Below, piece by piece: positions 55,198-64,000 of a stretch of DNA of 64,000 bases (its first letter is position 1; each line of letters begins with the position of its first letter). The notes below the pieces were generated by a model that was not told the origin of the DNA, ran no database searches, and saw nothing but the letters and a program-made list of their open reading frames with translations. This stretch comes from a virus (lineage: Duplodnaviria > Caudoviricetes): IMG/VR virus record IMGVR_UViG_3300036546_000248. The stretch is one strand, 5' to 3'. The position numbers were made by a program, and so were the translations under genes.

Positions 55198-55238
55198 GGC
55201 ATACAGGGAGGCGTGAGCCTCCCTGTAGGCTTTTATGC
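55198..55238. terminator. Bidirectional terminator, near copy of 781-812
   Basis: TACAGGGAGGC-GTGA-GCCTCCCTGTA between convergent genes. Confidence 0.75.
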
Positions 55239-55240
55239 GG

Positions 55241-55843
55241 TCACAAACCAGAACGGTTAATGACTTCATCAACCATCTTGTTCAAGTCGCGATGACCGGA
55301 CATCAGGTAGTAACGGCTAGGATCTGCTTCGATCTGATCCAAGAAGCCTTCACGCACCCTTTGGTGGTATTCCAACCCCTTGGCTTCCATCCGGTCCAGT
55401 ACCCCACGGGCACTTACTTTTTCGAAAGACAGTTTGGGGTCGACGTCGATCACCACAGTCAAGTCAGGACGAAATTCGCCCAACGTGGTGTTGACCAACG
55501 CATTGAAGGTGTGTCGTGAAAGGTTACCACCACGGCACTGGAGTGCGTAAGTCGAGTCAATGAAACGATCGCACAATACGATCTTACCCATACGGAGATG
55601 GGGTTTGATCACTTGTTCGATGTGCTGGCGCCGGCCGGCGAAGAACAACAGAGCTTCGGTCAGCGGATCAACTTTCTCGTCGCGGTGGCGCAGCAGTACT
55701 TCACGAATCTCTTCAGCCATCGGCGTACCGCCAGGCTCGCGAGTTTGAATCACCTCGTGACCCATGCACTCAAGGCGAGTGGCTAACGCATTACGCAGAG
55801 TGGTTTTGCCACATCCTTCCCCGCCTTCAAACACAATGAACAT
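55241..55843 (-). CDS. tmk: Thymidylate kinase
   Basis: FEGGEGCGKTT, TREPGGT, CDRFIDSTYALQ and PDLT motifs. Confidence 0.95.
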   Translation of the reverse strand: MFIVFEGGEGCGKTTLRNALATRLECMGHEVIQTREPGGTPMAEEIREVLLRHRDEKVDPLTEALLFFAGRRQHIEQVIKPHLRMGKIVLCDRFIDSTYALQCRGGNLSRHTFNALVNTTLGEFRPDLTVVIDVDPKLSFEKVSARGVLDRMEAKGLEYHQRVREGFLDQIEADPSRYYLMSGHRDLNKMVDEVINRSGL

Positions 55844-55845
55844 CG

Positions 55846-57186
55846 TTACTCCTCTTCCTTATCCAGGAATAAATACAGCGCCGTGTTGGATTTAAACCGT
55901 TGGCTCGTACCACCTCTACCTTCCATCGAGATAAAGTGTTGATCCCCCACCAGAACGCCATAACGAATGCGGACTTGGTTTTCATGCTCGTACATGAAGC
56001 GTACAGGCATGCCGGGGTAAAGCAGGGTGTGATCAGAGTTCTCCCACGTGGCAGTTACATTGTTGCCCTTGCGAAAGACTGTTTTAGACAACTCAGCAAA
56101 CAAGTTACTGGTTGCTTTGGCCCCACGCGTAACGTGTGCCAATCCCTCCACTGCTTGATCAATCAACACCTCCGTAACGTTCTTACCTCGAGAGGCTTTG
56201 GCTACGTTACCGACAGTGTGTACAAAACTGTCTAAGAGACCTTTGGCGTCGTTGAACCGAATACCAATCCCCTTGTCCAGCTTTGCTTTATCTGAAGTAT
56301 CGGTAATGTCCGTGCGACCAGTGGACAAGACAATCAATTGATTCCCTTTAGTCAGCCACGTTCGTTCGATACTCGGCATCTTCTCTTCTGGTACGTTAAT
56401 GACCGTGAGTCCACGAGGACTTTGGTCAAAACGTTTGGTGTTCAGTGCTGGCCATACATACCAGTCGCCTGCCAGTAAGTAAATACCCAACCCGGTGTTG
56501 TAAATCCCCCCACATTCTTCTTGAAGAAAATCAGCCAGTTCCACCAACGGCTTACCGTGAGGCACTACAATGTGGTCACGAGGTTCAAGGTTGTCTGGCG
56601 GTACCATGTCAACACGTCCTTGGGTACCCACCACCTCACGCGGAATCTCCTGGGTTTTAACCGTCAACAAAGTCAACAGAAGATCTGCTGCTGTACGTTT
56701 GCGGAAACTCCCACCCACTGAAACAGACCGCAACCACTCAACCGATCGATCGATCAACTGCAGGCGTACATTGGCAACGTTAGCTGAGTCAGCGACCTCA
56801 ACGTTATCCAGAATGCCTGAACCCGAAGCGGCAGCAATATCCTTGGTCTCACACAGAACGGCTTTGTATTCTCGGGTGATGATCGGTTCATCATCGGCTG
56901 TGGCGTGATCCCCAATGACTTCACGAGTGAGTTGCACCGACAGCCGCTCTTTATTGGGATAGATGTATTTGCTGTACGTCCCCACCCCAAAGACGATCGT
57001 GATATACGACTCATCGGCGAACGTCTTGAGGTAGTCACGGGCAATGTCAGTAGACACCACCCGTAACGGTACCAATTCACGACCGTCCGGTAGGCGTACA
57101 CTACAACTGTAGCGATATTGGGGAAGTGGCGTACGGCTGTCCGTCACTTCCCGCACAGCGTTGATTAAGGAACTATTCTCCAGCAC
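55846..57186 (-). CDS. phiKZ-like virion structural protein (possibly baseplate hub-like)
   Basis: GTG start 57186 after GAGGTAAGGA; GGIYNTGLG and LLYPGMPV motifs. Confidence 0.6.
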   Translation of the reverse strand: MLENSSLINAVREVTDSRTPLPQYRYSCSVRLPDGRELVPLRVVSTDIARDYLKTFADESYITIVFGVGTYSKYIYPNKERLSVQLTREVIGDHATADDEPIITREYKAVLCETKDIAAASGSGILDNVEVADSANVANVRLQLIDRSVEWLRSVSVGGSFRKRTAADLLLTLLTVKTQEIPREVVGTQGRVDMVPPDNLEPRDHIVVPHGKPLVELADFLQEECGGIYNTGLGIYLLAGDWYVWPALNTKRFDQSPRGLTVINVPEEKMPSIERTWLTKGNQLIVLSTGRTDITDTSDKAKLDKGIGIRFNDAKGLLDSFVHTVGNVAKASRGKNVTEVLIDQAVEGLAHVTRGAKATSNLFAELSKTVFRKGNNVTATWENSDHTLLYPGMPVRFMYEHENQVRIRYGVLVGDQHFISMEGRGGTSQRFKSNTALYLFLDKEEE

Positions 57187-57760
57187 TGTCCTTACCTCCG
57201 CGTTTATCAACCATGTCCGTAATGGCGTGCGCCAGCGCATTGTGGGTATAATCCACTTTTGGCATTTCAGCCTGCTCTTGGGACGCACGTCGACGAACAC
57301 TACGACGACTGTTGAGTCGATCCAAGGCGTTGAACAGCTTGGAATTGGTCGGTTGGGTTTCCATGTACATCCGAGCCATGGGGAAGAGCTGTTCGGCGAA
57401 CTCTTCCAAGGTAGCCAGGTCCTCTACCGGTGCATCGCGACGGTTGGGGTCTAACAACAGAGCATCGTGCCAGTCACTGATATGGTCCCGAATCCATTCA
57501 TAGATCTGTTTGGAATCATCGGGGTTGATCAGTGCAATCTGGGCACCCTGGCGGGCTTTATCCGCCATCTGCGCAACCGTCAGACGCGCAGGAACAGGAG
57601 CGTTCATACGTCCGTTGTCCACAGCATCATCCATCGAGGTGTGCAGGCCGAAGTGTTCGGCAAACGATTGGTCGATCAGATACAGCTGTGGGATCATGCA
57701 ATCGACGTAGTATTTGAAGATCTTTTCGGCGGGGGTGTGCCCAGGTTTTTCGATGATCAT
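57173..57760 (-). CDS. Conserved hypothetical protein
   Basis: 195 aa, coupled to both neighbours. Confidence 0.6.
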   Translation of the reverse strand: MIIEKPGHTPAEKIFKYYVDCMIPQLYLIDQSFAEHFGLHTSMDDAVDNGRMNAPVPARLTVAQMADKARQGAQIALINPDDSKQIYEWIRDHISDWHDALLLDPNRRDAPVEDLATLEEFAEQLFPMARMYMETQPTNSKLFNALDRLNSRRSVRRRASQEQAEMPKVDYTHNALAHAITDMVDKRGGKDSAGE

Positions 57761-59170
57761 TTAGTAATCTGCCATGGCGTACTTGATGAGGATCAACACC
57801 AGTGGGATGTAGTAGAAGCGCTCAAGGTTGGGCCAAGTCTTAGCAGACTCTACCAATCGTAACAGATCGGCTTTATCCACAGGCTTGCCTTCCAAGGTAT
57901 TGCGCGTCGCCAACTCCAACACGGATTGACCTTGTTCTTGGTAGTAGAATGCCCGACTGAGGACGTAGAAGTCGTCAATGGTCACCGGATGGATCAGTAC
58001 CGGCTCACTACCTGATCCCTTTTCAAAGCCTGCGAGGTCAGTGCTGGCTTGAAGGATCTTGTTCAGGTTATTACTGCGACGAGAACCTCCCACAATACGT
58101 TCGGGTATCAGTGGGTCTATGTATTCACACCCGTAGTTCAATCCTTGGTAATCAGTCCGATCACTGCGTGTCGAATCCACCACCTTAAGATTGGTTTTGT
58201 CGGTGGGGTAGACAATCGATTCAATACCGCTGTAATAGAACCCATTGAACTGTGGGTGCTCGTTGAAGCGTTCGCGTGGTGCCACTCCGGCTTGATAAAA
58301 AGCCATGGTCAACAGATCCACGTTGTTCTGCGCCAAGCACTGCCACAAGTTAACTTCCTTGAAAGCCGGATCGCGTTCAACGTTCAACACTTTGATCCGG
58401 TAGATCAGCGGATGTTCACTCTGCTCAACGGTCGACAACACCCCACTGACCAAGAAGGGGTCGTACAGCTTCTCCGGTTGATCGGGCACCAATAACGTTT
58501 GGTGTTCGATGTTGAAGAAGTCTCGGAAGTAATGCATCACCAAGTGTTTGTAACCTGCCTCGATTTTGGCCAGTTGTTCGAACTCGGTAGTGACCAGGGT
58601 GGCATTACGATTGGTTTGGAGGGTGTTTCTAACAAACACCTGTTCCACCACAACCTTACTGTCGAGGTCACGTCGATGCAAGTCATCCATCTCAGAACGC
58701 ATTTTGTACGAGATGGTGTACACCGCATCATGAAGACGAGACTTCTTCTCAGAAGCCGTAACAGTAAACAGGCCTTCTTTACCGTCGCCGATGTCTGCAA
58801 TGAATACGTCACCTACGTTAGGAATCACTCCTGCGTAGACAGTGGCTTCACCAGATACTTCCCACGTGCGGGTATTGGCATCTTGGCTTTGGGAAAGCTC
58901 GCCGGTAACCTTGAGTTCCAGAAGCTTTACCAAACGGTATTGTTGATAGGCCGCCTCTTGGTTGACTTGGAGATCAGAGACCTCATCATCTTTACCTAAG
59001 ATTTGGCTGTAGTAGTTGACAATCCAACTGGCCCCTTCCACGTACGCCAACAGTGACTTGTGAGGTTGGTACCGGGTATCGACCACGTTACTTTGAATTT
59101 CGGGCGCAACGGCATGGCCCAGGTTTTTCTCTGGAGCGGGTGCTGGCGCTTTGGGATTAAGAATCGGCAT
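57761..59170 (-). CDS. phiKZ-like virion structural protein
   Basis: Start MPILNPK; LLAYVEGASWIVNYYSQ and PNVGDVFIAD motifs. Confidence 0.65.
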   Translation of the reverse strand: MPILNPKAPAPAPEKNLGHAVAPEIQSNVVDTRYQPHKSLLAYVEGASWIVNYYSQILGKDDEVSDLQVNQEAAYQQYRLVKLLELKVTGELSQSQDANTRTWEVSGEATVYAGVIPNVGDVFIADIGDGKEGLFTVTASEKKSRLHDAVYTISYKMRSEMDDLHRRDLDSKVVVEQVFVRNTLQTNRNATLVTTEFEQLAKIEAGYKHLVMHYFRDFFNIEHQTLLVPDQPEKLYDPFLVSGVLSTVEQSEHPLIYRIKVLNVERDPAFKEVNLWQCLAQNNVDLLTMAFYQAGVAPRERFNEHPQFNGFYYSGIESIVYPTDKTNLKVVDSTRSDRTDYQGLNYGCEYIDPLIPERIVGGSRRSNNLNKILQASTDLAGFEKGSGSEPVLIHPVTIDDFYVLSRAFYYQEQGQSVLELATRNTLEGKPVDKADLLRLVESAKTWPNLERFYYIPLVLILIKYAMADY

Positions 59171-60677
59171 GGAGATCTTCCTTCGGTCGGACGATGATGC
59201 TGTAACTACCCACAGTCCGCATCGTTGCTTGTCGACTGGTGCGATCAAGGAGTTGTTGAAGCGTCTTACGGGGCAGTAATTTATCGCCGAGCAGTTTAGT
59301 GTCTTTGGGGTCGATGGACTTTTGCGGGTAAAGTACCTTAACCAAATCCAGCGCCAATTGACCATGTTGACGCAAACGTTCCAACGCCTGAGGACTCAGG
59401 ATCTTAAGATCACAGATAGTCATCACCACGTGGTACATTTTACGAGGATCGAGGTCGACTGTGGTTCTCACATTCAGATCGGCGTCCACTGTCAAAACCG
59501 TCTCCTCCATTCGGGTGTCGCCATTGAACAAATGGAGGTTGAAAACAGTCTGTGCAGGCAGATTCAAGTACCGACACTCGTCTGAGAGAAACGCCAGAAC
59601 TTGTGGTGTGAACTCGTGTGTACCCAACTCCTTAAGACTGAACAACTCACGAGGGTCTTCAGGATTAACACCCATCAACAACGTCAGTACTGGGTACATG
59701 TTCTTAAACTGGGTAGTGGCAACCCAGTCATCGTACTCCGGAATGCGTACACCTTTAAAGGGATAGAGTACATCGGTGTACAGACGTGTGAACTTGTCCA
59801 AGTGACGACGTTCATCGTTCGGTCGGCGGGCGATGTTGGCCAGTTCGTAGGTCAATTTCTCTTGACGGTACTTCTGATCCACCACTTGGTTGTGGACAAC
59901 AATCGGGTAGCGCATCGCACAGGCCACAGGCTTGTCGTACTGGAATCGGTATTCAAACCCGATCTCCCAAGGAGCCCCTTCATTCGCAGCACCGCCTTTG
60001 TCGGGCTGGGCCATAAAGTCAAACCAGCCGATGACCCCTACCTGACGTTCAGCCATGGACAACAGTGCACCGCGCCCCGCTTGGTTAGTAACCGAAACTA
60101 CCCGAGGACTGAAGTGTGCTCGTAGGTATGATTTCAGATCTTCTCCATAACCGTACTCGGCTTCTCTCATTCGCCACAGTTCGCGCAAGATGAGTAGTTC
60201 GGCCTTAGGGAGGGGGTAGTGGTAGTCGAACTCGTGCAAGAGTTCCTGTTGGCCTTCAGAGACCTTCAAACGCATCCGATCTCGCCACCGTAGGGCGCTG
60301 GTGCGATCTGGTGCTCGGTAGCGGAAACTGATCGCTACCTCTGTCCGTACATAGACGGGTTTGATGTGAATACCCAGTACCGGGTCTGAGAAAATGAACT
60401 GTTCGTTCGGTTTACGAACCGCGGTGGTGAGGGTACGTTCTTCAATGTACTCCTCCTCCACTTCTACATAAACCCGCCCAGTGAAGCCGTACTTGTTTTC
60501 AGCAGTAGGGTCCATGGGACTGGCCGATTGGTATTGTGCTTCAGTGGCGCCGTAATAATCGATCCCGGTGTCTTTAGGCAACCCCATATAAGCTACCAGG
60601 TCTTTGATCATCTGAACGCACACTGGTCGAGTCACCGAGTTATACGTCTCGGGGATCTCAGAAACAATGTTGGGCAT
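59157..60677 (-). CDS. phiKZ-like virion structural protein
   Basis: Start MPNIVSE (AGGAG RBS); 506 aa. Confidence 0.65.
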   Translation of the reverse strand: MPNIVSEIPETYNSVTRPVCVQMIKDLVAYMGLPKDTGIDYYGATEAQYQSASPMDPTAENKYGFTGRVYVEVEEEYIEERTLTTAVRKPNEQFIFSDPVLGIHIKPVYVRTEVAISFRYRAPDRTSALRWRDRMRLKVSEGQQELLHEFDYHYPLPKAELLILRELWRMREAEYGYGEDLKSYLRAHFSPRVVSVTNQAGRGALLSMAERQVGVIGWFDFMAQPDKGGAANEGAPWEIGFEYRFQYDKPVACAMRYPIVVHNQVVDQKYRQEKLTYELANIARRPNDERRHLDKFTRLYTDVLYPFKGVRIPEYDDWVATTQFKNMYPVLTLLMGVNPEDPRELFSLKELGTHEFTPQVLAFLSDECRYLNLPAQTVFNLHLFNGDTRMEETVLTVDADLNVRTTVDLDPRKMYHVVMTICDLKILSPQALERLRQHGQLALDLVKVLYPQKSIDPKDTKLLGDKLLPRKTLQQLLDRTSRQATMRTVGSYSIIVRPKEDLHADS

Positions 60678-60771
60678 GGTTAACTCCTTGGGTTGTGTAG
60701 TGTCAACCACACGTTTAGTCTAAGCCATACCATACGCGGCATAGGAGGAGGGGCTAACCCCCCCTCCTTAC

Positions 60772-61188
60772 TTATGCTTTCTCGAGACCTTCGACTTGTC
60801 GAACCAGTCGGTCCAGGGTCCTTTGTTTAAGGGCATCCAAAGCTTTGCCCACGTGTAGCAGTGCTTCTGCATTATAGTTGTTGGAGTATGGTCCTGACTG
60901 GAAACCAGACAAACGGTGTTCGCAGATTGCCAACAGTGCTTCTATGGTTATGCCGTTCTGACCACATTCGGGTACGGTACCGTGTTGGAATATCACCGGC
61001 AACCTACTGAAACTGGAAACATAGCCTTCAGCGTTACTATTACTGGGATTGGATTTAGTATCAAAACCAGTGATGGTGTAGTGATGGTTAGCATTACCTG
61101 GTCCTGGTTGATCTACGGCTTCAACTACTAGGGACTCTTTATGGTCACCAAAGATAACCAGATGGCGGTGAAGGGTTTTATTACTCAT
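60772..61188 (-). CDS. tad1: Tad1-family anti-defence sponge protein
   Basis: GPGNANHHYTI, FQHG, LLAICEHRLSGFQSGPY, NAEALLHVGKAL and RTLDRLVRQVEG align by eye with the recalled Tad1 sequence (GPGGAYHEYVI, FQKG, LLEIVRDRLKSFQAGPF, NACALTHVEEAL, RVEDRIERNVLG). Confidence 0.8.
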   Translation of the reverse strand: MSNKTLHRHLVIFGDHKESLVVEAVDQPGPGNANHHYTITGFDTKSNPSNSNAEGYVSSFSRLPVIFQHGTVPECGQNGITIEALLAICEHRLSGFQSGPYSNNYNAEALLHVGKALDALKQRTLDRLVRQVEGLEKA

Positions 61189-61284
61189 ATCGACTACTTC
61201 CATTAGTGGTGGGTTGTCTATAGTATCACTAAACAATGTAAAAAAAAAAAGAGGCCCGAAGGCCCCTTTGTTTATTGTGTAGCC

Positions 61285-62148
61285 TTATGCCACATACAGA
61301 CGATGCAGACCCAACGGAATACCAGGACCTGTCAACAGCGTAGCACGCATCATCGAGAAGAGATTGCTACGATCTTTACGCATGTGATCAAGACGGGTTT
61401 GGCGTTCACGCTTGTAACTCACCAGACTTTCGAGATGTTCGAGTATCTCAGTTTCAGGCTCGTTCAGTTCGCCGGCGGAGCGCAGGGTCCGGATCAAACG
61501 TTCGCTACGTTCCAGGTCTTCTTCAGCGGTCACCACCGGAGCGGGGGTAACTTTGGTGATGGTTTCTTCTTTACGCACCTGTTCGACATTCGAGGTTTCG
61601 GCCGAGGCTTCTTCCTGAGTGGCGACACGCACCGGAGTCATACCTGCAGCAATCATGGCCTGAACCAGGCTGTCTTCATCAGACAGCATGTCAGGATCAA
61701 CCTGCTTGATGGCCTGATCGACGGTGGTCATGGTGGCAGCCAGAGCACTGCTGATCAGTTCTTCACCAGAGACATTACCGCCTTTGGCGTCGTACTGACG
61801 AATCATGTTGTTGAAGCTGGCCATGATGATCGCCTTTTCCATCATGTTGCAATGGAAGAACAGCGGATTGATCAGACCCATCTTCTCGCAGTAGATGGCG
61901 AATGCGTCCTTGACCGGAAGGTCGTGACCCGGCTCGAATTTCACAGCCCCCTTCAGGCGCTTATTGGTGAAAGTGATTTCGCCTTTATCGTCCACTGTGA
62001 TGTTGACCGGGTAGTTGTAATCGCTGATCAGGAAGATACGTTCTTCCTTGTCAGTGGCCACGCCGGCGTAGAGTTCGTCACCTACCCGCCCGCCATTGTC
62101 CATCAGTTGGACAATAGCTTTGATCAAATTGATGTTGTTAACTTTCAT
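61285..62148 (-). CDS. Hypothetical early protein
   Basis: AGGAG RBS; directly downstream of the TATATTAC promoter. Confidence 0.7.
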   Translation of the reverse strand: MKVNNINLIKAIVQLMDNGGRVGDELYAGVATDKEERIFLISDYNYPVNITVDDKGEITFTNKRLKGAVKFEPGHDLPVKDAFAIYCEKMGLINPLFFHCNMMEKAIIMASFNNMIRQYDAKGGNVSGEELISSALAATMTTVDQAIKQVDPDMLSDEDSLVQAMIAAGMTPVRVATQEEASAETSNVEQVRKEETITKVTPAPVVTAEEDLERSERLIRTLRSAGELNEPETEILEHLESLVSYKRERQTRLDHMRKDRSNLFSMMRATLLTGPGIPLGLHRLYVA

Positions 62149-62207
62149 GGTGAATCTCCTCAGATAAACAATGGTAGTAGATACGTTAGTGTATCCTATT
62201 CACCTGA

Positions 62208-62233
62208 GTAATATAGACTTGAGATTTTTTTAT
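62208..62233 (-). promoter_or_regulatory. phiKZ-type early promoter TATATTAC
   Basis: Minus strand AAAAAAATCTCAAGTCTATATTACTCAG. Confidence 0.75.
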
Positions 62234-62314
62234 TTAGCCTTTATAACAGGCGGCATAAAAGCCCACCCTTCTGGGTGGGCTTTTACAGTGCTCTAAAGCA
62301 ACCCCACCGAAGAA

Positions 62315-63601
62315 TTACTTCTTCTTAGAAGGACCGGCTTTGTGAGCGGCAACGCCACGATCAACCAGAGCCAGTGCGGCGCGAACAACAGCGAACTCGT
62401 GCGAGTACACTTGGTTCACAACGCGGGACAGGTCGAAGTTGGCCTTACGCATGATCATGGAGGCAGCAGCCTGCTTGGCGCTTTCCTTGATCTTCTTGGT
62501 CCAACCTTCAACCTTGGTCTCGGTGGCTTTGAGCGCTTTCTCGCGAGCAGCGGTCAGCTTCTCGAGAGGCTTCTTCTTCTCTTCCAGCTGAGCGATCAGC
62601 TTACCGGAAGCTTCGAGAAGCTTCAGCAGTTCGGCCTTGCTCGGTGCATCGATTTCAGTACTGACATCGTCGATGGCCTTGAAGCCGTAACCTTTGATCA
62701 GCTTCGGTGCGCTGAGGTTGGTGTCGGAGCCTTTTTCCATGCTCTGAGTAACTTCAGCACGAACAACGGCGTCGCCGGACATCGGAGCGGAGACGGAAGT
62801 GATCTTCTTGATCACACCTTCAACGCCGTCAGTGGCTTCGCTCAGAGCTTTCTGAAGCTCCTCACGGGCGAAGTCATTAACTTCGGCTGCTTCAAGCAGA
62901 CGAGGAACGCGGATTGCGTAGAAGGTTTCAGCGGCGTCGCCGAGATCCTTGAGGATGCCGGCAGCCTGTTGGTGAGTGGCACCCATGCCGGAGAGGATCG
63001 AACCGATGTCAGCCTTGCCTTTGTAGCGCAGGGTATTGGCGTTCGGGACTTTGATCTTGTCACCGTTTTCTTCCTTGATTTCCTTGACAGCCTTTTTCAG
63101 GGCTTCTTGGCGGCTCTTCAGCTTGGAGACGCCGCCGAAGATCTTGGAGAAGAAGTTCTTGATGGCCTGGATGGCCTTGGAGACGGCGTTCTTGATCGCC
63201 AGCCAGATCTTCTTCAGGGTTTCGCCGATACCTTCCATCGAGATGGTGGTAGCAGCGGCTTGGCCAGAAGCGCCACCGAAGGATTCCATCGACGGGGTGA
63301 CGTCGGAGGCTTCCAGGCCGAGGCGGCCAACGTGGGCTTGAACGGCGTGCTGCATGAACAGGGCTGCTTGCGGGTTCAGACCGCCGTCTTGCATGGCGCT
63401 TTCCATGGAGACCAGGATGCCTTCCAGACCTTCGGAGATGTCGCCCAGCTCTTCGACGTTGTCGCCTTGCTCTTCGAATTCACCTTCGGCTTCGCCAGCT
63501 TCGGCGATTTCGATTTCGAGGGTATCGTCGGCAGAGACGACCAGCTCGGTTTCGTTGGTGGCTTCATCTTCCATGGAGATGAACAGTTGCTTCAGACTCA
63601 T
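62315..63601 (-). CDS. Inner head (ejection) protein, phiKZ gp93-97-like paralog family
   Basis: Acidic propeptide with four S-M-E sites; LFMQHAV and IWLAIKNAV...IKNFFSKIF amphipathic helix; TATG upstream; strong codon bias. Confidence 0.8.
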   Translation of the reverse strand: MSLKQLFISMEDEATNETELVVSADDTLEIEIAEAGEAEGEFEEQGDNVEELGDISEGLEGILVSMESAMQDGGLNPQAALFMQHAVQAHVGRLGLEASDVTPSMESFGGASGQAAATTISMEGIGETLKKIWLAIKNAVSKAIQAIKNFFSKIFGGVSKLKSRQEALKKAVKEIKEENGDKIKVPNANTLRYKGKADIGSILSGMGATHQQAAGILKDLGDAAETFYAIRVPRLLEAAEVNDFAREELQKALSEATDGVEGVIKKITSVSAPMSGDAVVRAEVTQSMEKGSDTNLSAPKLIKGYGFKAIDDVSTEIDAPSKAELLKLLEASGKLIAQLEEKKKPLEKLTAAREKALKATETKVEGWTKKIKESAKQAAASMIMRKANFDLSRVVNQVYSHEFAVVRAALALVDRGVAAHKAGPSKKK

Positions 63602-63687
63602 GAGTAAAACTCCGTAACGTTAAGGATAGTCATGCGACTAGGTTTTGCGCACTTGTGCATACAATACACTGATTGTGCGAAAAATGT

Positions 63688-64000
63688 TTAAGCGAAAAGC
63701 TGGTTGAGCTTTTTGATCCGATCGGCTGTCGATTCCGTGGTGTCTTGCTCAAAAGAAGAGCCAAACATCAACCAGATCGTCATAACCATATCTTCAAAAC
63801 CATTCGGGTGGGAACACCAGAGGGCAACGACCTCAGCTCCTGGGCGACCCATGAATGGCTTAAAGACATCACCCAGCTGGCCACTACTAGCGCGCTGCTT
63901 GTGCTCAGAACGGGGTTCGGCCCATTCAGCCAGCAAAGGCTTCCAGTTGTGAATGGAGACCTTGCGGCATCCAGTCTGGATGAACTTCAGCGTATCCAGC
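63688..64000 (-). CDS. 3' part of a hypothetical (probably virion) protein running off the window
   Basis: Open frame LDTLKFIQTG...KKLNQLFA continuous to the window edge. Confidence 0.55.
   Translation of the reverse strand, partial: LDTLKFIQTGCRKVSIHNWKPLLAEWAEPRSEHKQRASSGQLGDVFKPFMGRPGAEVVALWCSHPNGFEDMVMTIWLMFGSSFEQDTTESTADRIKKLNQLFA

Noticed and set aside
1-64000. tRNA, rRNA, tmRNA, RNase P RNA, CRISPR array, DGR or invertible fibre switch
   Set aside because: No cloverleaf/CCA, GAGGAAAGUCC, regularly spaced repeats, reverse transcriptase, recombinase or inverted crossover sites were seen

Overview
64 kb segment of a phiKZ-like jumbo phage (Chimalliviridae-like; host probably a Gram-negative, fairly GC-rich proteobacterium, inferred from the spanins and from C/G-ending codon bias in highly expressed genes). 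The core block contains a portal-like protein, a non-virion RNA polymerase beta-type subunit, the major capsid protein, a DnaB-like helicase, a RuvC-like resolvase, overlapped spanins, nucleotide-metabolism genes (nrdA, nrdB, folA, thyA, tmk, NUDIX), a large tail-fibre/baseplate region, inner-head proteins with S-x-E maturation sites, and early-promoter (TATATTAC) cassettes of small unknown genes. Most notable: (1) a tightly coupled six-gene cassette at 34.4-38.5 kb, co-transcribed behind a tail fibre and putative adhesin, encoding three intact membrane fatty-acid desaturases, a condensation/CAT-fold acyltransferase-like protein and a cupin-like protein; (2) a roughly 970-nt stretch without convincing ORFs next to the helicase that looks like two divergently transcribed, densely base-paired RNAs around an AT-rich palindrome; (3) three tail modules that each begin with a conserved 5' leader and a conserved KRFFGF N-terminal peptide; (4) a Hint/intein-like insert in NrdA; (5) a Tad1-like anti-defence sponge and a stand-alone ligase domain-Ia protein. 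No tRNA, rRNA or CRISPR array was recognised. All family assignments are by eye from motifs, phiKZ gene numbers are from memory, and no searches were run.
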